From IMG/VR virus record IMGVR_UViG_3300025828_000024, positions 1-62,279 of that record: a stretch of DNA of 62,279 nt; one strand, 5' to 3'. The DNA is from a virus (taxonomy: Duplodnaviria > Caudoviricetes). A program made the translations under genes and the position numbers. The notes under the pieces are model-generated. The model was not told the DNA's origin and searched no databases. It saw only the letters and a program-made list of their open reading frames with translations. Below, one piece after another: positions 20,403 to 30,000 of this stretch (position 1 is the stretch's first letter; every line of letters starts with the position of its first letter).

Positions 20403-21891
20403 AGGCAGTTCAACGCCAACACAGCAGGTAGTGCAATCAACAGGTCTGCCTGATTACGTTGACCCGTATTTTAAGCGGCTCCTCAAGGGTGCTGAAGAGG
20501 CCACGATGCCCTTCGATCCAGAAACTGGAGAGTCAACCTATACCCCATATACAGGTGAAAGACTTACTCGAAGCGCAAATTATGGGGATATCACTGGTGC
20601 CAGACAAGATATTCGTGACATAGCGGGTGCTGGCCTTACTGGTATGAATGAAGCTCTTGCTGCTCAGAGGCTTGGCATGTCTGGAATAGCGGGCCTTGCA
20701 ATGGCACCGCCTAGCTTTACCGCATCTAATTTTTCTGCAACAGGTGTTGATCCTTACTCTGGCTTTATTGCTGGAACTGCTGATCCATATTCTAAATTTA
20801 CGGCAGGTACTGCAGACCCATTTAGTGAATTCCAACAGGCAGACTTTAACAAAGCTCAGGGTCAAGCGTATGACTTTGGTCCCGCCCGTCAGTTCACAGG
20901 ACAAGAAGTCGCTGACTACATGGACCCATACATGCAGAACGTGGTTGATCTGCAGAAACGTGAAGCAATTAAAGACTTTGCTCAACAGCAAGCGGGTAGA
21001 GATGCATCAGCAGTTCAAGCGGGTGCGTTTGGTGGTTCTCGTCAAGCCGTTGCTCAAGGTATGGCAGAGCAAAACTTACAGCAAAGACTTGGTGACATTC
21101 AGCAGGTAGGTAGCCAAGCAGCCTTTGACCGTGCGATGCAGATGTTTGAGTCTGACCGTGAAGCACAAATGGATGTTGAAGGTCGCCGTGCGGCAGAATT
21201 AGCCAGAGTTCAGGGTATTGACGTTGGCGAAACAGGACGCACACAGACGGGTGCCGCAGCAGAGATGGCACGAACACAGGCTGCAAGAGCGGCTGAACTT
21301 GCACGGACCCAAGGCATTGGTCTTGATGAGGCGGCACGAGTTCAAGCGGCAGAGGCGGCAGAGCTTGCTAGAACACAGGGCATCGGGCTTGATGAGGCCG
21401 CTCGTATACAGGCGGGTCAAGCTGCTGAGTTAGGTCGCACACAAGGTATCGATGTTGGTGAGGCGGCTCGTATTCAGGCAGCAAATGCGGCAGAGCAAGC
21501 TAGAATTCAAGCCGCTCTAGAGGCACAAAGGTACGGTACTGCAGGTCTATATGGCGACTTAATGGGCGCAGGTCGCGGTCTTGTTGGCTTAGGTGAGCTA
21601 GAGCGTGGCACTGATATACAAGGTGCGCAGCTTCTAGAAACATTAGGACGTGATATTCGTGGGGAAGATCAGGCTAGACTTGATCTTGCATATCAAGACT
21701 TCTTGCGTCAGCAAGACTATCCGATCAGTCAGTACGAGAGATACGCAGGTATCTTGAGTGGTGTGCCGACTGGTTCTTTGGATCGCACAACTCAGCAGTA
21801 TGCAAGCTACAATCCAATCCAACAGGCTCTTGGTGCAGGAATCTCTGCACTTGGTTTATACAGGGGACTAGGCGGAGGTTACGGAGCTTAA
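20395..21891 (+). CDS. Internal virion / ejection protein with tandem repeats
   Basis: YMDPYMQNVVD, AGAFGGSRQ; 11- and 22-aa repeats. Confidence 0.7.
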   Translation: MGKGSSTPTQQVVQSTGLPDYVDPYFKRLLKGAEEATMPFDPETGESTYTPYTGERLTRSANYGDITGARQDIRDIAGAGLTGMNEALAAQRLGMSGIAGLAMAPPSFTASNFSATGVDPYSGFIAGTADPYSKFTAGTADPFSEFQQADFNKAQGQAYDFGPARQFTGQEVADYMDPYMQNVVDLQKREAIKDFAQQQAGRDASAVQAGAFGGSRQAVAQGMAEQNLQQRLGDIQQVGSQAAFDRAMQMFESDREAQMDVEGRRAAELARVQGIDVGETGRTQTGAAAEMARTQAARAAELARTQGIGLDEAARVQAAEAAELARTQGIGLDEAARIQAGQAAELGRTQGIDVGEAARIQAANAAEQARIQAALEAQRYGTAGLYGDLMGAGRGLVGLGELERGTDIQGAQLLETLGRDIRGEDQARLDLAYQDFLRQQDYPISQYERYAGILSGVPTGSLDRTTQQYASYNPIQQALGAGISALGLYRGLGGGYGA

Positions 21892-21892
21892 C

Positions 21893-23992
21893 ATGAATAT
21901 CATAGAGCAGACAGAAGCACTCAAAGACCTTCCCGATCAAAGATTAATGCAAGAGATGCAGGCACCCACAGGGTTTGCACCTCAATTTCTTGTTCTTAGT
22001 GAGCTTAAACGCCGCAAAAGAATGCGTGATGAGTATCAGCGTCAGCAATCTGCTGACATGAAGACGGTTGCCGAAGAGACTATTACTGCAGCAGGTTTAC
22101 CACAGGGTGGCATCATGCAAATGTCACGGGCAATGAACCCAAATAGTTCAATTGCACAAAACACTGGAATGGACCAGGCACCTCAAATGCAGCCCACTAG
22201 AATGGCTGATGGTGGTGTGGTTCGCATGTTCGATGGTGGTGTTTCTGGCGGCACTATGTCTGCTATTGCAAACCTTAAAGCAAATTATCCTGATGTATAC
22301 AGGTCGGCAGTTGAGCAGGGCATTGTTGAAGAAATAGCAGGGTACATGCAAAATGTTGCTCAAGATGTGCCGTATGGCCTTGATGCTTTTGAAGATCCAC
22401 GTAGCTTTGATTTTCTGAAAAGCATGTTTACTGACCCATCTAATCGTGTCGTAACTGAGAAACAGCGTGAAATAGAAGAAAGCCAACCAGAAAGAGCATT
22501 ACAGGCAAGGATTGATTCTAGGAATGCACTAAGTAGGTATGGCGACAATGATCCTGTATTTGCAGAAGGTTCTGTGGCTGAATACCTAAGAGTTACACCA
22601 GAAGGTGGGTTCCCTAGAGCCAGTGAAGTGTATGATATTTCAGGAACTATGGTTTCTCCAGATGTTGAAGACTATATTCCACAAATTAGTGGTGAGCAGA
22701 GCTTTGTTTTGCAGAGGCCAAAAGGCGCTATGCTTAACCAACCCTCTACAAAGGGTGGTGATAAACCTGCTGCTATAAACGAACCCTCTACAAATGCATC
22801 TACATTTACTCAACTGATTGATGTTCGTGACCCAGTACCACCATACGGTGGTTTGTATTCAGAGCGTGACCGTTTAATGGCTGCGCAAGATGCATTTACT
22901 CAGGGTATTGGTTCTCTTGGTGGTCCGCTTACACAGGATGAAGCTTATGCAGCAGCGGCTCGTCAGAGAATAGAGTCACCTATAAGTACTCAAGTTGAGC
23001 AGCCAATGCTTGTTGATCAGATGGCAACAGCAAGCATCGAAGACGAATCCCCAATGATCGCAGAGCTTGCTCGCCAAGCTGAAATCAAGCGCATGATGGA
23101 GATCAACGAAATTCCAGAGCCTTCTCCAGAAGCTGGCCCTATATCTTCTGCCTTAGTTGACCTTGGTGAGGCGGGAATTGAAGGTCTTGGAAGTTCTTTT
23201 GAAGCAGGTGTTGATGCTCTTCAGTCCTTGACAGAAGGCGGAGATGGGATGCCAGAGCCTACCCCTGCATCCGCACTGCCAGAAGGGTTTGCACTTGGTG
23301 ATGGGACAACAGCAGAAGGTGCCTCGTCCTTTGGTGAGTTACTGAAATCATCTACTGACAAAGATGACACATCTACAAACCCTGCGGGAAATAAAACCAC
23401 TGGCGGGCAGAAGGCTAGTGCAACCTCATCTCTTGGTGGCATCGAAGGTCGTATTGCAAAGATGCTTGAAGATAAAGAGAAGAGCGTTCAGAGCGATAAG
23501 TGGATGGCGCTTGCTCAGGCGGGTATGGCCCTTATGTCATCAAAGGAGCCAACGCTTGCGGGTGCTATAGGTGAAGCAGGTCTTGTTGGTGTGGGTGCCT
23601 TGAAGAAAGGTAAAGCTCAGTATGAGAAAGATGTTCTTGATCTTCTAACTCTACAGCAACGTATAGATGAGCAGAGAGCACGGGCTTCTAGTAAGTCTGG
23701 GGGTCTAACCGCAAGCAATATGATTAGCCTGATGGATGATCTTCGTAGTTATAAAGGCGACATCCAAGATAGAATTGATGCCCTTAATGATCCTACAAAC
23801 TTAATGAGTGAAGAAGTGAAGGCCGCGCAGCTTCAAAGACTTCAGGCAGAATTGATGCGTACTGATATCGAGCTTGGCACTTATCGTAACGCTCTTAGTG
23901 GCGGGGGATCAAACAGAACTCCGATTGACGTAAGAGGTGGATCACAAACTCAGAGTGGTGTAGGATACAGCTTAGGCACAGCTAAACAATAA
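21893..23992 (+). CDS. Internal virion / ejection protein
   Basis: Long ORF; tandem MADGG/MFDGG; acidic middle. Confidence 0.65.
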   Translation: MNIIEQTEALKDLPDQRLMQEMQAPTGFAPQFLVLSELKRRKRMRDEYQRQQSADMKTVAEETITAAGLPQGGIMQMSRAMNPNSSIAQNTGMDQAPQMQPTRMADGGVVRMFDGGVSGGTMSAIANLKANYPDVYRSAVEQGIVEEIAGYMQNVAQDVPYGLDAFEDPRSFDFLKSMFTDPSNRVVTEKQREIEESQPERALQARIDSRNALSRYGDNDPVFAEGSVAEYLRVTPEGGFPRASEVYDISGTMVSPDVEDYIPQISGEQSFVLQRPKGAMLNQPSTKGGDKPAAINEPSTNASTFTQLIDVRDPVPPYGGLYSERDRLMAAQDAFTQGIGSLGGPLTQDEAYAAAARQRIESPISTQVEQPMLVDQMATASIEDESPMIAELARQAEIKRMMEINEIPEPSPEAGPISSALVDLGEAGIEGLGSSFEAGVDALQSLTEGGDGMPEPTPASALPEGFALGDGTTAEGASSFGELLKSSTDKDDTSTNPAGNKTTGGQKASATSSLGGIEGRIAKMLEDKEKSVQSDKWMALAQAGMALMSSKEPTLAGAIGEAGLVGVGALKKGKAQYEKDVLDLLTLQQRIDEQRARASSKSGGLTASNMISLMDDLRSYKGDIQDRIDALNDPTNLMSEEVKAAQLQRLQAELMRTDIELGTYRNALSGGGSNRTPIDVRGGSQTQSGVGYSLGTAKQ

Positions 23993-24003
23993 GGAGATGA
24001 CTC

Positions 24004-27000
24004 TTGGGCGTTTTTCAACAAGTAGGTCAGTTCTCTGGTAATCCATATTCTTTCACTATCGCAGGTGATGCACCGACTGAGCAGGAAGCTGCTCGTATCT
24101 CGCAGATATTAGATCAGCAAGAGTCACCTTATCGTCAGCAATATGAGTCTATGTATGGCGGTATAGCTGCTCTGCCTCAAGCCGCAGAAGAAGAGGGGCC
24201 AGACACTTCTTTTGGTAGTGCGTTTACTTCAGCGTTAGATGCTCCTCTTGAAAACTTCGCTACTACAGCGAGACTTACTGGTTACGAGGGTCTTGCTAAC
24301 TTCCTTAGTGATGCTGTTGAAACACCAGAGAATTATGAAAATGCCTCTGAGAAATTCATCAATGAGGGTGGATTTGGTTTCAGACTTGGATACGCACCAA
24401 GAGCTTTGGTCGAGCAAGCTGGCCAGTTCGCGGGTTCATTGTTGTCTAGAGGCGCGGGTGCAGTAATAGGTGGTGCTGTAACCCTTGGTAACCCTGCAGG
24501 TGTTTTGGCGGGAGCTATAACTGGCCCCGCTTTGTTTGAGGCAGTTCAGCTTGTTGGTCCGATTGCAGAAGAACGCGCAAGAAACAACGGCAGAGACACA
24601 CCAAACAGAGATGATTGGTTGGGTGCTATAGGTAGCTCAAGTGCATCTGGTGCATTAAACGCAATCGCCCCAGGAATGGCTGGCACTTTAAGAAAACTTG
24701 TTGTTGAAGGTGGGACTGAAACGCTTCAGTCAGTAATTCAACAGACTGGTGAGACCGCAGGTACAGACAAGGGTCTTGATATCAGCTTGAAGCAAGCGGT
24801 TGGTGAGGGTGTCCTAGCGGGTGGTACTGTTGCCGCTATCTCTGGCCCCATAGACCTTGTTAAGGGCAAGCCTAAGCCTGAAGCTGACGTGCAGCTTGAT
24901 GAAGATATTCTAGAAGAAGCTCAGGTAACCAGAGAAAGATTGGGGTATGCATCTACTATAAGCCAAGAAATCACAGCAGATGCAGAGGCTAAAGCAGAAG
25001 CGGCCATACAATCTGAGACACCTCAAGAAACATCGCAAGAACCTGCAACATTTTCTGAGGTTACAACAGAAGAAGAGTTTGCCGAAAAGACATTTAACAA
25101 GGCGCAATATGATCGCGTACTTCAGCAAATCAAAGCTGATATTGCACGAGAGAAAGCATTGAGTGTCACTGGCATACAGCAGGGCGTAAAGAAAGATATA
25201 CCTGAGACAAAGGTCAGTCAGGTTCGTGACATCATGGCAGAGCTAGAGACACGAGGATACTTGCAATCTGAGCCGCAACCCGCTGCAGTTCGTGATCGTG
25301 CTACAGGTGTTCGATATACACCCGCTCCTCAATACGCAGCCACACAGAACATCGTGCCTCAATTGAAGACACCAGATGTCGCTTATCGTCGCCAAATCGA
25401 TATCGCCAATGAAGCGATAGAGAAAAACAACCGCATTATGGAAGACTTAAAACTTGATTTGGATTCCGTCCGTCAGTTTGGTCGAGACTTGCAGGGTAAG
25501 CGTACCAGTGAGGATGCTATTAACTACGAGATCACAAGACTTAGTGAGCGCAATAAGCAGTACAATGGGGTTGTCAACGAAGCACAGCAGGGGCTGCAGC
25601 GCCTTGGTCGTTTGCCGTATGTGCCTCGTGTAACACCTGAATTCAACAGATCACAGAAGATCGAACGCAAGGTTGCAGCAGCCAAGGCTCGTAGTGTTGC
25701 GGATCAAGTGAAAGAAAAAGTTCAATCGAACAAACCTGTATTCACACCTGCCCTGACTGAGAAACAGGACAAGGTATTCAAGTCTATCCGTGGTCGCCTT
25801 GATGGCTATGGACTAAAAGATGTTCGCCTCAGTGCAGAGCAGATTGTCGATGGTGGTGAAGGTACATATAACCCAACCAACCGCATGATCAGTTTGTCTA
25901 TGGGTCTATATGATCCAAAGCTATCAGAGACAGAACTGTTTGATCGTGTGGGTGAGGTTCTTGATCACGAGACAGTTCATGCCCTGAAAGAGATGAACGT
26001 CATCAAGCCTGATGAATGGAAGGCACTGACCAATGCAGCGGCTAAGGTTAAGTACACCAAGGTAAAGGGCGGCGAAAAGCAACAGCGCAAATACACATAT
26101 CTAGACAGAGCCAAGCGTTTGTATGGCGATATGGATGCAGAAATCCAGTCTGAAGAAGCCGTTGCGGAGATGTTCCGTGATTACAATTCAGGAAGATTAG
26201 ACTTAAAAGGAAAGCCCCAGGGGCTGTTCACGAAGATTAAAAATTTCTTCAAGTCTATCATTGGCGGCGCTACAGATAACGGCTTCACAGATGTTCAATC
26301 AATCTTTGATGAGATAGTTGTGGGCAACATTGGTCAACGCGAACGTGGCGTTGCGGCACAGCAGCAGACGGAACCCGCAGCACGTCAATCAAGACTGGCT
26401 GCTACAGAAGAAGAGATAGCTCCTGAAAAGGACATCAGAATGCCGTTGAATGTAGCGGCACCCAACGATCAAATACGTGCTGAAATTCAGCGCATGACAA
26501 ACCAAAACCGTCCGCTGGTTAAGAGATTGATCAAGCGTATCGATGAAAGATTTGGAACCAAGTCAGGTGATAACGCAAAGGACTTATCAAAGGTAACACA
26601 GAAGGCTCGTCGTCCTTCTATCCTAGCAAACAAGCCTTGGCATGATGTGTCTCACATCCGTGATAGCTATCGCTTCAAGACAGTAATCGATGACTTCCGT
26701 GCAGTACCTGCAATCTTTGATGAGCTTCTAGCTGACGGAATATCTCTGGTTAAGATCGACACAGGCAAGCTATTCCGCCCCAAGGAATGGGGATGGCGCA
26801 TCATTGCATTTGATCTTCGCATGCCAAATGGACAGCTTGTAGAATGGTATCTACCTCTGAAGGAATTAGAGGTTGAGAAGAAAGCTCGTGGTCACCTGAT
26901 CTTTGAAGAGTGGCGCAACAAGACACAGGAAGAGTTGTCAGCGCAGCGTGATGCTTACTTTGAGGCAATCGCTCGTAGTTACAGGAACTATGACGAAGCG

Positions 27001-30000
27001 TTCCAAGCTGCACTAGACCGTATGAACACTACTCGTCAGGATGCAGAGGCATCTTGGAGAAGCGCGGAAAGTTCACTGCTTGATGCTGCGCGAAATGCAC
27101 GTAGATCATCAGGCGTTGGTATCTCTTCAGCAGGTACAGCAGAAGAAGGCATTATAGCACCCTCTGAGGTACGCACTGATGTGGAACCATCAGCTTTAAA
27201 TATTAGTGCGCGAGAGGAGCCATCCTCTATTAGTGCAAAAGGTTCTGCCATCTTATCTACCTCCGATGACTATGTTACAGATGTGCCAGTCGAAGAACAA
27301 GTTAAGTTTTCAAGACTGCCTCGCACGTCCAATGTATCAGGTTTGCAGGACTTTATCAGAAATAATCCTGAAGGTTTCACAATTGATCCTGTCACTATGG
27401 AACCTGCATCTGGCGGGTTCGTTGTTGCACCTCTCAAGGAAGCCGAAATAATTGTCGGAGAGACCTTGCCAGAAGAAGTACTATTAGGCTATATAGAGGA
27501 TAATAAGGATATTTCTGCCGCTGTCAATAAGCCAGTTTACCTTGGTGGGTGGTTCGATAGTGACTCTCAGCAATACTTCTTAGACAACACTCTTATACTG
27601 CCGACTGCAGAAGAAGCATTGTATATCGCTGAGGCTGCAGACCAACTGGCTATCTTTGACCTGAACAATTTTGAGGAGATCAGGACTAATGAAGGAATCA
27701 GACAACTCCAAGAAAGTGGTGCTTACAGAGGTGACACCGCAATCGGATACCAAAGAAACCTTGCAGAAGTTGGTCGCCGCTTTGCGGAAGCAAGGGATAA
27801 CCGTAACGCCCGCCAAAGAGAACAGCTTACTGGAGGAGTAGAGGGCTTTAGGCAATCACGTCTAACCCTACCTCTAACACCTGAGCAACGTGCCGCAAGT
27901 ATTCTGGATTATCTAGACCCAGATACTGGTCAGCCTAAGTTCAAGAGCAAGCAAGGATCAGAAACCCTTGTAAGTTTTGCCAACAAGCTGCTTGAGCTTC
28001 GAGGCACTCGTCCATACGACATCGTCAACTCAGAGCAAGACCGTGAAGAAGTCGCTCGCATCATGGCTGCTGAGGCAGAAGCTGCGCTTCTATCTAGCAG
28101 TGATGCCATTGGTTGGTACGATGCTAAGTTAAAATTAGCAAAACAGATTTTGTTCCCCGTGTATCCAGAGGTTTCTCCTCTGCGTCCAGATGGTACAGAG
28201 AACTCATTGTATGACCCTGCATCTGAGCATGCGTTTGATTACGCAACAGCCGTCACCTCAAACGGTTTGTCAGTAATCGATAACTACCTGCTGGCATCTC
28301 GCCAGTATGACGCATGGAAGAACAGCCAAGACGGAAGGTTCCCATTGTCTTCCTCTGGCAAGCAGGGTCAGTCCATGATCAAGGCATGGGAATTCTGGAA
28401 CGCACTCACTGATCTTGGATATGACTCAAACCAGATCAACGAACTCCTTACAATGCAGATGCGTAAAGGTGACCTTGCTGCCTTAATGACAGATGTCTTT
28501 GGTGTCGAGCGTGTCAAAGATTTACCGTTCAAGATCGATGGTAAAGAGTTGGCTGACGAGATTGTAGGTGTTGCTTATGTGATTGGCCCAAAGATTGGTA
28601 ACGGTTTCTATCAGAACCTACGCGGTAACTTTAACCCACTTACAATGGACCGTTGGTGGATGCGCTTTGTCAACCGCATCACTGGTAATCCTATCGTCAA
28701 CTATCGTGACGAGCTTGTGCAAGAAAACAAGGACAAGCTATGGGAGCTTATCTCCAACCCAAGCCGTTTGACAGATACTGACAAGCAGCTCCTGGTGGAT
28801 ACATTGGAATCTCTTGATATCAATACTATTGAGAAAAGTGATATTGAACTTATTGCTCCACAAGTACAGAAAATCTGGGACAAGAACTTCTACAACAAGG
28901 CATTCAATGACAAGCTAGATGAGCTTGCTGATCAGTATGACTTCGTCGTTACATCTGGCGGCACTATCACTGGTCGTGATGCTGCCAAGGTTAAGAAACT
29001 AGCACAGGACGCACGTCCTAAATCTACAGACTTGGCACTATCTGCTAAGAACCTAGCGGGTAAGCTGAAGACAGCGCTACAAGAAGACCCACGCAATGCT
29101 CGTGAGCGTTCAGCTATGAGAGCAGCAGCTAACCGTGCAAGAGAGATACTTCGTCAGAGCAATCAGATCGGTGCCGATTTAACTAACGCAGACTTCCAAG
29201 CTCTTATGTGGTACGCAGAGAAGCGCATCTTTGAGGCTGGTGGTGTTCGTAAAGGTCGTGGTGATGATAACGACTACGCTGATGGCGCGATTGCCATCCT
29301 CAAAAACAAAGGTGTAAGCGATGACAAAATCAAAGCCACACTCCCCGATTCAGAGCGAGGACGGATCAGTGGTGTCAAATCTCAGCTCGACAGAGATTCT
29401 GAAATTGGCAGAGAGGTTGATGCGATACAACGAGGCCCAGAAGAAGGGAACTTCTTCGCCCCAAGAGAGTTAACTCTTCTCGATGGGTCGATGGCACCTC
29501 AGTCACAACTGACTACAGATCAGCTACAGCAAACAGAAGCTGACCTATCAGGTGTAGAAGTCGATCCAGAGTTACCGCCTCAAAGGTTCTCTCGCATGGT
29601 TCCCGCACAGGCACTTGTACCTGTACGTGCGCCCGTCAACATGGCAGATGGATCACCCAATCCTGTCTATGGTTACTTCAGAGATGATAGCACAGGGCGG
29701 CTTCGTCCTATTGTTCTACCCAAGGGATCACACAAGACATACGAGAGTGGCGTTGAGGTAGGACAAGGATTGTTCCACATTCAGCAGCGCAACCATGACA
29801 AAGAGCTTGTACTGAATTCAAAGTATAAGCGTGTAGAGAATGCCATCTTTGATCTTCTTCGTCGCTGGCAGGATCAGGGATACGATGACGGTGAGTCAGT
29901 TATATCCTATCCAAGTCAGGGTGGCATCGTCCTTGAGTGGCGGAATAACATGGCGTTCAAAGCGCCACCTATGCGTCTTGTTCTGCAGTCAGGTCGTGAG

